A stretch of DNA of 64,000 nucleotides from Saprospiraceae bacterium (GCA_043777755.1 JAYWHK010000212.1:8263-72262), one strand, 5' to 3'; positions 1 through 9,062 are shown, numbered from the stretch's first letter. Program-made: numbers and translations. The notes: generated from the sequence alone by a model not told the origin.

Positions 1-1461
1 AAAAATATAAAAGAACGTTTTGATGATATTGAAGGCGGTTTTGGTGGTGCGCCAAAATTCCCAGGAACAATGAATTTGGAATTTCTTTTGGCATATCACC
101 ATTTTACAGGTGAAAAAGAAGCCTTAGCGCAAGTTGAATTATCTTTGGATAAGATGTGTTGTGGTGGAATTTACGACCAACTGTTTGGCGGATTCGCCCG
201 TTATGCAACCGATAGAGCTTGGTTAGTGCCGCATTTTGAAAAAATGTTGTATGACAATGCACTCTTAATCAGCGTTTTATCAAAAACATATAAGGTTACG
301 AAAAAACGTTTGTATGCTGATACGATTGTTGAAACATTGGATTTTATAAAAAAAGAAATGACTGCGCCAGATGGTGGTTTTTACAGTGCGCTTGATGCTG
401 ATTCGGAAGGAGTAGAAGGTAAATTTTATGTTTGGCAAAAAAACGAAATTGACGAAATTTTACAAGAAGACAGTGCTTTGTTTTGTAGTTTTTATGATGT
501 CAGTGAATATGGGAATTGGGCGGAACAAAACATCTTATGGCGAGCCATTGATTTTGATGTTTTTGCTCAAAAAAATAACATTCAAGAAGAATTTTTAAGA
601 GAAAAAATTAAAACTGCCAAGGAAAAATTATTTGCAGTGCGCTCAATACGAATCCGACCTGGCTTAGATGATAAGATTCTATTGGATTGGAACGCCTTGA
701 TGTGTTCCGCATACACACACGCTTATACAGCACTCCAAACTACTGATTATCAAACAATTGCCATTGAACAATTGGATTTTTTATTAGAAAAATTTGCACA
801 AAAAGACAATCCTCGTTTTTTTAGAACGTATAAAAATAACGTTGCAAAATATGAAGCAAATGTAGAAGATTATGCTTTTTTAATCGCAGCACTCTTAGAT
901 GTTTATGAAATTTCGTTTGATAAAAAATATTTAAAAAAGGCAAAAGAATTGGCAGAATTGGTCATAGAAGATTTTTATGATGAGGAAAGTGCTTTGTTTT
1001 ATTTTGCGGCTGCGTCACAAAAAGATTTGGTGGTTCGTCGTAAGGAATTGTATGACAATGCAACGCCTGCTGGAAATTCCACAATGGCGCACAATTTACA
1101 GCGTTTGTCAATTATTTTTGATGAAAATCATTGGTCAGAAATTGCAGAAAAATTATTAATGACCATTTCAAAAAGCGTAAAACGTTACCCAACATCTTTT
1201 GCCCGTTATGCTTTGGCGATGTTGATGGCAGGAAAAGGTTTTCAAGAAATCTCTGTTGTTGGCACAGATGCTTTTGACAAAACTTTGGCTATTCAAAGCA
1301 ATTATTTTCCCAACGCTATTTTTGTAGCGTCAAAAGAAGAGGACGAAACATTCCCATTATTGGAGGGAAAAGCAGAAGGCTATATTTATCTTTGTCAGAA
1401 TTATGCTTGTCAAAGACCAGTAGAAAGTGTAGAAGAATTTTATTCGCTTTTGAAAAAATAA
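1..1461 (+). CDS. Thioredoxin-domain / DUF255 (YyaL-like, N-acylglucosamine-2-epimerase-fold) protein, 5'-truncated at window edge
   Basis: Frame 1 is open from nt 1 (KNIKERFDDIEGGFGGAPKFPGT precedes the listed Met at 70). GGFGGAPKFP and FEKMLYDNALL motifs are typical of this family. Confidence 0.85.
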   Translation, partial: KNIKERFDDIEGGFGGAPKFPGTMNLEFLLAYHHFTGEKEALAQVELSLDKMCCGGIYDQLFGGFARYATDRAWLVPHFEKMLYDNALLISVLSKTYKVTKKRLYADTIVETLDFIKKEMTAPDGGFYSALDADSEGVEGKFYVWQKNEIDEILQEDSALFCSFYDVSEYGNWAEQNILWRAIDFDVFAQKNNIQEEFLREKIKTAKEKLFAVRSIRIRPGLDDKILLDWNALMCSAYTHAYTALQTTDYQTIAIEQLDFLLEKFAQKDNPRFFRTYKNNVAKYEANVEDYAFLIAALLDVYEISFDKKYLKKAKELAELVIEDFYDEESALFYFAAASQKDLVVRRKELYDNATPAGNSTMAHNLQRLSIIFDENHWSEIAEKLLMTISKSVKRYPTSFARYALAMLMAGKGFQEISVVGTDAFDKTLAIQSNYFPNAIFVASKEEDETFPLLEGKAEGYIYLCQNYACQRPVESVEEFYSLLKK

Positions 1462-1465
1462 ATGA

Positions 1466-1606
1466 ATACACAATAGATACTCTGGATATTGGATATTAAG
1501 ATATTGAAAATACCTTAATATCCAAATCGAAAAGTAGTATTCAATATTTTGAATTTATGCAAAGCATTGAATACCAATTATTTGCAATATCTAATATCTT
1601 AATATC
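1466..1606. repeat. Rearranged/composite copy of the ~108-bp MITE-like repeat family, filling the gap between two convergent genes
   Basis: Shares tggatattggatattaagatattg, the central ttttg-a-atttatgcaaa palindrome and tttgcaatatctaatatcttaatatc with the copies at 31077, 57385 and 58893. Both arm types are present. Confidence 0.6.
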
Positions 1607-2191
1607 TTATTTCCTCCCTTTCATGTATTCCGCTGCGGCATCTAATTCTTCATAAAAATCTTCGCCATATTTGCGAATCAGCGCATCTTTTAAGAACTGA
1701 TATACAGGAAGTTTTGCTTTTTTTCCTGATTCACAAGCGGCACTACAGATTTCCCAGCGGTGATAATTAATCGCTTCAAAACCTGTTTCTTCGTTTTTAT
1801 CTACACGAATGGGATACAACTGACAAGATACAGGTTTGCGAAAATCAGTTGCGCCTGCTTTCCACGCTTGTTCGATACCGCATTTGGCAATACCCAACTC
1901 ATCGTAGGTCATGTAAGCACACGCCCCGTCATTGATTAAAGTCGTTTCAAAACTATCCCAATCTTCATCATAAACATAACGACCTTGGGCTTCGATGGCT
2001 TTTATGCCTTCTGGCAAAAGAAAAGGTTTTACATCGTTGTAAATCTTATCTAAAATATCCACCTCGTCTTTTGCGACGGGCGCACCAGCCTCGCCTTCCC
2101 AACAACAAGCACCTTTACAAGCGGTTAAGTTGCATAAAAACTGTTCTTCCACGATTTCATCGCTCACTAAAATATCTTGTACTATTATCAT
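1607..2191 (-). CDS. DUF3109 family protein (Cys-rich)
   Basis: 194-aa ORF with ATG start. N-terminal CNLTACKGACCWEGEAGAP Cys cluster recalled from DUF3109. Confidence 0.7.
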   Translation of the reverse strand: MIIVQDILVSDEIVEEQFLCNLTACKGACCWEGEAGAPVAKDEVDILDKIYNDVKPFLLPEGIKAIEAQGRYVYDEDWDSFETTLINDGACAYMTYDELGIAKCGIEQAWKAGATDFRKPVSCQLYPIRVDKNEETGFEAINYHRWEICSAACESGKKAKLPVYQFLKDALIRKYGEDFYEELDAAAEYMKGRK

Positions 2192-2219
2192 TTTTATAAA
2201 AATTTAATTTCAATTTGTT

Positions 2220-3425
2220 TTACGCCTTTTGCATAATTTTTGCTCTATTCATGTACAATGCACCAAAAATAAGTATCAAAATCAAAGGAAAAATGGTGAT
2301 ATAACTTAGCGTAGATTGTCCAGCTGCTAAGTTTGCTGCATTTTCATCTAAACCACTCGCAATCGCATTTGCTTTTGCAGAGTCCAACCAACGACCCGTA
2401 ATCGGTTGCCAAAGTGATACTGCAAACATTCCTGCACCACCCATCAACGACATTCCCAATGCGCCCGTTTTGGGTAAATATTCTGCCACAAAACCAATCA
2501 TAGTTGGCCAGAAATAGCATACACCGATGGCAAAAAACACAGCGGCAACATAAGTCATTGCGCCTTCGGCTTGGCTCATCATATAAATACCAATTGTTGC
2601 AAAAATCGCTGAACCCAACAATACGCCCAAAGGATTTAAACGGTGAATCACAGGCCCTGCAAAATAACGACCTACTGCCATCAAACCAGTCACCAACGCC
2701 AAAATCAACATTGGTTGCGCACCAGCTTGTCCTAATAATTTTTCAACCCATTGCTGTGTATTTAATTCCGTAGTAGCCGTCAAAGTCATGCAAAATGCCA
2801 TAATCAAGTACAAAGGAGAAAGCAATGCGCTAAAATTCTTCTCAGTAGAACCTTCGATGTTTTCAGATTTTGGAAATTCTTGTCCCATAATCAAATAACC
2901 ATAAATCACCGTAGGAATTAACATTACAGCAATCTGTAACTGCCAGCCCATGTTCATATAAGTCATGGCTTGTGAAATCAAGCTACCCAAAACGATACCG
3001 CCAGGAAACCAAACGTGAAATTTATTCAACATGGTTGTTTTATTTGTTGGATAAAGGTCGGCAATCATCGGATTACAAGCGGCTTCGACTGTTCCATTGG
3101 CAAAACCAACAAAGAACGTGGAAATCAGTAGTGTCCAAAAACCTCCTGCGAAAATAGTCAATAGAATACCCAATAAATGGCATATAAACGCCATCCACAT
3201 AATTTTTTTAGGTCCGATAGCGTTGTAAATTGGTCCGCCAATCATTGTTGCGATTGGAAAACCAAGAAAAGCCATGGAATTAATATAACCCAATTCTTCG
3301 TTGGTAAGTCCGAAATCAATGCCCAATTTGGCAAGGATTCCTGCACGAATGGCAAAGGACATAGAGGTTGTAATTAAGGCAAAACAACTTGCCGTAAAGA
3401 GTTTTGATGCGTTTACTTGATTCAT
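2220..3425 (-). CDS. MFS transporter (sugar/FucP-like)
   Basis: 401 aa, about 12 hydrophobic segments, typical MFS loop organisation, ATG start. Confidence 0.85.
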   Translation of the reverse strand: MNQVNASKLFTASCFALITTSMSFAIRAGILAKLGIDFGLTNEELGYINSMAFLGFPIATMIGGPIYNAIGPKKIMWMAFICHLLGILLTIFAGGFWTLLISTFFVGFANGTVEAACNPMIADLYPTNKTTMLNKFHVWFPGGIVLGSLISQAMTYMNMGWQLQIAVMLIPTVIYGYLIMGQEFPKSENIEGSTEKNFSALLSPLYLIMAFCMTLTATTELNTQQWVEKLLGQAGAQPMLILALVTGLMAVGRYFAGPVIHRLNPLGVLLGSAIFATIGIYMMSQAEGAMTYVAAVFFAIGVCYFWPTMIGFVAEYLPKTGALGMSLMGGAGMFAVSLWQPITGRWLDSAKANAIASGLDENAANLAAGQSTLSYITIFPLILILIFGALYMNRAKIMQKA

Positions 3426-3447
3426 TTTGTTTAAGTTTTAAGCCCAT

Positions 3448-3602
3448 CCTAAATCCTTCCCTGAGGGAAGGACTTAAATGTGCATTAGATTTGCAATAAT
3501 AATATAAAAGTGAGAGATTAAGTAATAATTTTGTTGTTTTATAAAGTATATATTACTGGTAATGAAACGTTTGTAAGTCCTCTCCTCAGGAGAGGATTTA
3601 GG
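3448..3602. repeat. Pair of inverted ~29-nt palindromic elements flanking a 97-bp AT-rich spacer
   Basis: cctaaatccttccctgagggaaggactta (3448-3476) against taagtcctctcctcaggagaggatttagg (3574-3602) are near reverse complements. Each arm is itself an 8-bp stem hairpin. Confidence 0.6.
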
Positions 3603-4515
3603 AGAGGCTATTAACATCCCAAATCATTAAACTTTTGTCATCGCTTCCTGAAATCAGCCAATTATTGTAAGGTGACCAGTAAAGACTATTGACAGAGTTG
3701 ATGTGACAGCCGAATTTTATGGTATCAATCACTTTTAAAAGTTCAAAAGTTTCAGCATTCCAGATTTTTATGGTTTTATCTCTACTTGCGGTTGCAAAAA
3801 TACTTTTTTCTTGGTGAAAAACAATTTTATTAATGGTATATAAATGCGCTGGTTGAGAAATGAGCATTTCAAAGTTTTTTTCAATGTCCCAAACTCTCAA
3901 CAAAGCATCACGTCCGCCACTCAACAATTTTTTTCCGTCAGGAGAATATTGTAAAGAAAAGACAGAGTTTTGGTGTGCGCTTTCGATACAAGTTTTCAAA
4001 TTCAAAGTTTCGGCATCTAAAATATAAATATTTCTATCGCTACTGCCTATCGCAATTTCGTTTCTTTGAGGACAAAAAGCCATACAACGCAAACTTTGAT
4101 TCGACAACTGAATACTATCAACAGCCCTTTGTTTTTCAATATTCCAACGCACTAAAAACCCATCACCTCCAATGCTAATGATTTGATTGTCAATATTTTG
4201 TATATCAAAAATACCATTTTTATGTTTTGAAATATTGGTTTGTGCTGTTGGGTTTTTGACAGGAATCCAATGTATGCCACCGTCCATATCGCCCAGAATC
4301 AGCAATGGAAAAGGACGCAAAACATAGCACATGGCATAAATGTTTTTATCCGCTTTGGCAATCAATCTTCCTACCTCAGGTTTTGCCAAATCCCATTGCA
4401 CCACCCAGCCGTCACCAGCTGCACTCAATACAAAATGCTTTGCTTCGCCTTCGTTCAGTGCATAAACAGCTCCATTGTGACCTGTTAGTTGTGTAATTTT
4501 TTTTACTTCTATCAT
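3598..4515 (-). CDS. WD40-repeat beta-propeller protein
   Basis: 305 aa with repeated GH...WD-like units (VVQWDL, LRVWDI, IKIWNA, LMIWDV). ATG overlaps the upstream stop as TAATG. Confidence 0.85.
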   Translation of the reverse strand: MIEVKKITQLTGHNGAVYALNEGEAKHFVLSAAGDGWVVQWDLAKPEVGRLIAKADKNIYAMCYVLRPFPLLILGDMDGGIHWIPVKNPTAQTNISKHKNGIFDIQNIDNQIISIGGDGFLVRWNIEKQRAVDSIQLSNQSLRCMAFCPQRNEIAIGSSDRNIYILDAETLNLKTCIESAHQNSVFSLQYSPDGKKLLSGGRDALLRVWDIEKNFEMLISQPAHLYTINKIVFHQEKSIFATASRDKTIKIWNAETFELLKVIDTIKFGCHINSVNSLYWSPYNNWLISGSDDKSLMIWDVNSLS

Positions 4516-5699
4516 TATTCAAAAAAACAAACTGTTCCGCCAACCCAATCTTTGTCTTTGTTGTAACGTACGCCGACCATTTCGCCTTTGCTCATACGAC
4601 ATATATTATTGACAACAATTGGTTTATCTTCGCCATCTTTCCAAACTACCATCATACGGATTTCGATTTTGGCAGGGCCAGAAGGTGTTTCTATAATGGG
4701 GTGATAATTGACTTTTTTTTGTAAAATATAATTTTCTTTGTCTTCAATGGCTTCAATATCTGCTAACGTGACGTTGATTTTGACACCCATTCCTGCAAAA
4801 GAAAAAAGTGGTTTGAGGACATAATTCTCCAAATCGCTTGGAATTTCTTTCAAATCGCTTAAAAAATAACTTTTTGGCGCATAAGGCGAATCAAAAAAAG
4901 GCAATGTATATTTGCTTATTCTAAAAAACCAATTCGGATGCCCGACCCATTCAACATTGACATCGTCGCTAAAATTAAACTCGGTTTTGAGGTCAGTTCT
5001 TTTTTCTAATTCGTCAAAAATTACTCGATTGTAAATGCGTTTGACCTCAATTTTTTCATTTTTTTCATTAAAATAAAAAAGATTTTTGCCTTCTTTTTTG
5101 AGTTTGGTAAAACATAAGATTTTGATACCCAGCTGTTTTTCACAAGCCCAAAAATCAATCGCAGTGCCTTGTTTTTCGGGTTCTATTTCCAATAAAATAA
5201 CATTTTTCGGATGGCAATTCCCAACAATTACTTCTCGCAATAATTCGATATAACTCGAAGTCGTATAACCGTTAAAAAAAGTACTAAACGTTGCTGGAAT
5301 AGAAAATGCCTTTCGATAAGCTACTGCCAAAGATGCTTGAAAATTATACAAAGATGGAAATCCTTGAATTTCAATGAGTTGTGGTTCTAGTTCGCCTTTT
5401 TCATTCATGCAAACACCAAAGTCCACTTGCATAAAATGGCTATGTCCATTTTCATTTGGTACTTTATAAGAAAGCGAACCACTGGTTTTTTCCTTAAAAT
5501 CAGGACTCAAAATGGTTCTAAAAACATCTTCGCAGCCTTGCAATAATTTTTCTTTAAAAGCCTTATCCACAAAAACGGGCGATTCCGAAACACGGAATTT
5601 TACTTCATGTCCAATATCTTCTTTGATATTTTCTAAAAAAAAATTGTATTTTTCTTGCGAAAAATTAGCGTTGTAAGTATTTCGTAATGCTTTTATCAT
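4515..5699 (-). CDS. Conserved hypothetical protein, possibly an ATP-grasp-fold enzyme
   Basis: Long clean ORF. The first ATG is at 5699; the listed start at 5732 is TTG and lies inside a terminator hairpin. The fold suggestion is only a weak resemblance (LKPLFSFAGMGV, RMSKGEMVGV). Confidence 0.7.
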   Translation of the reverse strand: MIKALRNTYNANFSQEKYNFFLENIKEDIGHEVKFRVSESPVFVDKAFKEKLLQGCEDVFRTILSPDFKEKTSGSLSYKVPNENGHSHFMQVDFGVCMNEKGELEPQLIEIQGFPSLYNFQASLAVAYRKAFSIPATFSTFFNGYTTSSYIELLREVIVGNCHPKNVILLEIEPEKQGTAIDFWACEKQLGIKILCFTKLKKEGKNLFYFNEKNEKIEVKRIYNRVIFDELEKRTDLKTEFNFSDDVNVEWVGHPNWFFRISKYTLPFFDSPYAPKSYFLSDLKEIPSDLENYVLKPLFSFAGMGVKINVTLADIEAIEDKENYILQKKVNYHPIIETPSGPAKIEIRMMVVWKDGEDKPIVVNNICRMSKGEMVGVRYNKDKDWVGGTVCFFE

Positions 5700-5718
5700 A
5701 AATTTTTCATTTTGAAAA

Positions 5719-5753
5719 AAATAGGGCTGCAAAATAACATTGCAGCCCTATTT
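5719..5753 (-). terminator. Rho-independent terminator downstream of folE
   Basis: Perfect 13-bp stem aaatagggctgca / tgcagccctattt followed by a T-run on the minus strand. Confidence 0.65.
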
Positions 5754-5826
5754 GGGTTAGGTATATCTGCTTTCTAATTTTTATTTATAAGGCAAATATA
5801 CATTTTATTCTTTGATTACAAAGTTT

Positions 5827-6519
5827 TTAGCGAGAATAAATATGTTTTAGTAGCTCGCTACGGGTACTGGCATCTTTGAATTTGCCATGATAACTTGCGG
5901 TTACAGTACTACTCGATATGTCTTTGACACCTCGTGATGCTACACAAAGGTGATTGGCATCCATCACAACAGCCACATCTTCTGTTTCTAAAATCTTTTT
6001 AAGTTCATTCGCAATTTGTTCTGTCAGACGCTCTTGTACTTGCGGACGGCGAGCGTAGTATTGAACAATTCTATTGAGTTTTGAAAGACCAATAACGTTG
6101 CCCGTCGCAAAGTAAGCAACATGGGCTTTTCCAAAGATAGACACAAAGTGGTGTTCGCAAGTAGAATAGAAAGAAATATCCCTCTCGACCAACATTTGCT
6201 CGTAACCATAATGGTTCTCAAACATGGTTGGAGTAGGTTTATTTTCTTCTTTCAAACCGCTAAACACTTCATTTACATACATTTTTGCAACACGATAAGG
6301 CGTTCCTTTCAGACTTTCGTCGTCCATGTCCAATCCTAAAATGTGCATAATCTCATGGAAATGAGAAGAAATAAGGTCAATTTTCTTTTCGTCTGATAGC
6401 ATAAAAGCATCTTTACGAATTGGCGTTTCAAGGGATTTGAAGCTATGGTTTTCACCAATAGCATCGGCGAGTTCGTGGTCATTAACCAGGGTATTCGACG
6501 AAGTTCCGTTCAGTTTCAT
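5827..6519 (-). CDS. folE: GTP cyclohydrolase I
   Basis: YSTCEHHFVSIFGKAHVAY and QVQERLT motifs. 230 aa, ATG start. Confidence 0.93.
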   Translation of the reverse strand: MKLNGTSSNTLVNDHELADAIGENHSFKSLETPIRKDAFMLSDEKKIDLISSHFHEIMHILGLDMDDESLKGTPYRVAKMYVNEVFSGLKEENKPTPTMFENHYGYEQMLVERDISFYSTCEHHFVSIFGKAHVAYFATGNVIGLSKLNRIVQYYARRPQVQERLTEQIANELKKILETEDVAVVMDANHLCVASRGVKDISSSTVTASYHGKFKDASTRSELLKHIYSR

Positions 6520-6895
6520 ACAATTTAATTTTTAAGTCAAGACTGTCTTTTATGAGAGGTCTTAAGATGTTGAAAATGACAATAGCTATGTTTTCAGCCG
6601 TCGGGTTGAGTGTTTGAAACTCAACAGTGTCAATGTTTAAGTTTTTGTGGTCAAAGCGATCAAGTACATAACCCTTTATCAGGTCGCTTAGTTCCTTCGT
6701 GTCAATAACATAGCCCGTTTCTGGGTCAAGTTCGCCAGTTACTTTAACTGTGAGGTCGTAGTTATGACCATGAAAACTTGGATTATTGCATTTGCCAAAA
6801 ATTTGAAGGTTTTTTTCGTCCGACCAGTTAGGATTGTGCAAGCGATGTGCCGCATTAAAATGTTCTCTGCGAAAAACAGCAACTTTGTTTGTCAT
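6482..6895 (-). CDS. 6-pyruvoyl-tetrahydropterin synthase / QueD-family pterin synthase (animal PTPS-like)
   Basis: FNAAHRL...FGKCNNPSFHGHNY...DHKNLN...LYETERNFVEY closely matches recalled PTPS motifs. Overlaps the folE start by 38 nt. Confidence 0.9.
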   Translation of the reverse strand: MTNKVAVFRREHFNAAHRLHNPNWSDEKNLQIFGKCNNPSFHGHNYDLTVKVTGELDPETGYVIDTKELSDLIKGYVLDRFDHKNLNIDTVEFQTLNPTAENIAIVIFNILRPLIKDSLDLKIKLYETERNFVEYPG

Positions 6896-7006
6896 TTATA
6901 ATTAATTTTTATCAAAAATAGAAAACATTCTTGTAGTCAAAAAGGTTCTTTGAGAATTGTCATATTCTTGTGTTATATGAATATTGTTTTTGTAATCATA
7001 CTTTTG

Positions 7007-7014
7007 TATCTTTG
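7007..7014 (+). promoter_or_regulatory. Bacteroidetes -7 box TAnnTTTG (TAtcTTTG)
   Basis: Motif lies 51 nt upstream of the ATG at 7065. Confidence 0.4.
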
Positions 7015-7064
7015 CATTTCAAATATTTTTAGCTATTTTTTAACAAAAATAAAATATTTAAAAC

Positions 7065-8510
7065 ATGAAAACTCTTTTTTATGCCATTTTGCTCTCCTTT
7101 TTTAGCACCAATGTCTTTGCATTAGATGCTTCTATTTCTATTGCTACTTTTGATGCTACAAGTAAACCTTATGCCGAGTTGCAATTTCATTTTGTAGGAA
7201 AAACTTTGCAATATAAAATGCTAGAAGATACGTTTCATTGGCAAGCTGCTGCCGAAATCGTAGTACTTTTTAAGCAAAATGAAAAAATTATACAGTTTGA
7301 CAAATATATTTTAGAAGGACCCGTAGTCGCTGGGCCAAAAGATTTTTTTGACATCAAGCGTTATGCTTTAGAGCAAGGTGCTTATGATATGGAAGTAATT
7401 ATTTCAGATGTGAATAAGCCATTGAGTAAAAAAACGTTTAGTCAAAAAATAAATGTTTTTTTTGATAAAAATAATACCTATCAATCTGACATTCAGTTGA
7501 TTAAAAATTTTTACTTGGATTCGCTAAATTCTCCTTTAGCAAAAAATGGTTATATTTTTCAAACTTTGCCTTTTGATTTTTATGATAAAAATGCTGAACG
7601 ATTGGTTTTTTACAATGAAATCTACAATACGGATAAATCACAAAACCAAGAACTGACAACAACGTATGCTATTTATGATGAGCGTTCTGGTCAAAACGGT
7701 TTGCCAATTTTTACGCAATACAAGTCTTTGCGACCAAAATCACTCAATGTTGTTTTTAACCAGTTTGACATTACAAAAATTCCTTCGGGCAACTATATTT
7801 TTAGTGTCGAAGTTAGAAACCAAAACAAGGAATTGTTGTCGAAAAAAACAATTAATTTTCAACGAAGCAATCCTTATCTCAATATGGTCAAAGATGGTAT
7901 TGACCACGAATCGCTCAAAGAAGAATTTGTAGAAAAACTCAATACTGATACCTTGCGTTATGCTTTGAAAGCCATCGCTTGTAAAATAAATGGTGACGAA
8001 AGCAAAATCTTGAATGAAGTCATAAAAGCCAACGAAGCATCAGCAATGCGTCTGCATTTATTTCGTTTTTGGGCTGGTCGAAATCCCAACAATCCCGAAA
8101 AAGCCTACAACGATTACATGAAAGTGGCAAGAGCGATTGATAGAACGTATCGCTCAGGTTTTGGTTATGGTTTTGAAACAGATAGAGGTTATGTTTTTAT
8201 GAAATATGGTCGTCCTGATGACATTACAACCCAAACAAGTAGCCCCGATGCCTCAGCTTACGAAGTTTGGTCTTACAATGATTTTCCAATCACGAAACAA
8301 ACCAACATCAAATTTTTGTTTTGGGATGGCGATGGTTCTGGTAATATGCGTATATTGCACTCTAATGCAAGAGGTGAAATTTCTGATAAAAATTGGAAAA
8401 CAAAACTCTACCGCAACAGCAGAAACCAATGGACAAATGATGGTTTTGACCCAACAGATGTACAAGACAATGTTGGCAGAAACGCTGGCAGAATTTTAGA
8501 AGATTTTTAA
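7065..8510 (+). CDS. GWxTD domain-containing secreted protein
   Basis: Signal peptide. C-terminal RFWAGRNP...YRSGFGYGFETDRGYVFMKYGRPDDI matches the GWxTD-type motif. Confidence 0.75.
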   Translation: MKTLFYAILLSFFSTNVFALDASISIATFDATSKPYAELQFHFVGKTLQYKMLEDTFHWQAAAEIVVLFKQNEKIIQFDKYILEGPVVAGPKDFFDIKRYALEQGAYDMEVIISDVNKPLSKKTFSQKINVFFDKNNTYQSDIQLIKNFYLDSLNSPLAKNGYIFQTLPFDFYDKNAERLVFYNEIYNTDKSQNQELTTTYAIYDERSGQNGLPIFTQYKSLRPKSLNVVFNQFDITKIPSGNYIFSVEVRNQNKELLSKKTINFQRSNPYLNMVKDGIDHESLKEEFVEKLNTDTLRYALKAIACKINGDESKILNEVIKANEASAMRLHLFRFWAGRNPNNPEKAYNDYMKVARAIDRTYRSGFGYGFETDRGYVFMKYGRPDDITTQTSSPDASAYEVWSYNDFPITKQTNIKFLFWDGDGSGNMRILHSNARGEISDKNWKTKLYRNSRNQWTNDGFDPTDVQDNVGRNAGRILEDF

Positions 8511-8594
8511 ACAGTGAACAGTGGACAGTGAACAATTAACAACGAACAGTGGACAGTGAGTAATATTGTTAATTGTTAATTGTACGTTGTTCAC
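8511..8594. repeat. Heptanucleotide tandem repeat folding back on itself
   Basis: acagtga acagtgg acagtga acaatta acaacga acagtgg acagtga, then gtaatat, then tgttaat tgttaat tgtacgt tgttcac. The right part is the complement of the left. Confidence 0.75.
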
Positions 8595-8603
8595 TAAAAA
8601 AAT

Positions 8604-9056
8604 ATGAGTATGATAAAAATAAGACAAGCAACGCTATCTGATATTCCAGTGATTTTTTCCTTGGTAGAAGAGTTGGCGTTGTACGAAAAAGCTCCCGAAG
8701 CGGTTATTACTTCGGTAGAAATTTACGAAAAAGATTTCAATGCCGGGATTTTTGAAGCTATTGTTGCTGAAAAAGAAGGCGAAATTATAGGAATGGCATT
8801 GTATTACATGGCATATTCCACTTGGAAAGGACGAATGTTGTACCTTGAAGATTTTGTGGTCAGGGAATCGGCTCGTCGCTTTGGCGTTGGGCAGTTGCTG
8901 TTTGATGCTTACCTCAATGTTGCAAAAGAAAAAGGCGCAACGCTTGTAAAATGGCAAGTATTGGATTGGAACGAACCAGCAGTTAAATTTTATGAAAAAA
9001 ACGATGCCATCATCGAGAAAGAATGGTGGAATGGAAAAATATTTTTAACCCAATAA
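8604..9056 (+). CDS. GNAT family N-acetyltransferase (diamine acetyltransferase-like)
   Basis: 150 aa. RRFGVGQLLF acetyl-CoA-binding motif (Q/RxxGxG/A). Confidence 0.85.
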   Translation: MSMIKIRQATLSDIPVIFSLVEELALYEKAPEAVITSVEIYEKDFNAGIFEAIVAEKEGEIIGMALYYMAYSTWKGRMLYLEDFVVRESARRFGVGQLLFDAYLNVAKEKGATLVKWQVLDWNEPAVKFYEKNDAIIEKEWWNGKIFLTQ

Positions 9057-9062
9057 TTTTTT

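Noticed and set aside
8511-8594. CRISPR array (also considered for the MITE copies and other palindromes)
   Set aside because: The repeats are 7-nt tandem units or single dispersed palindromes. There is no repeat-spacer periodicity of 25-40 nt and there are no cas genes.
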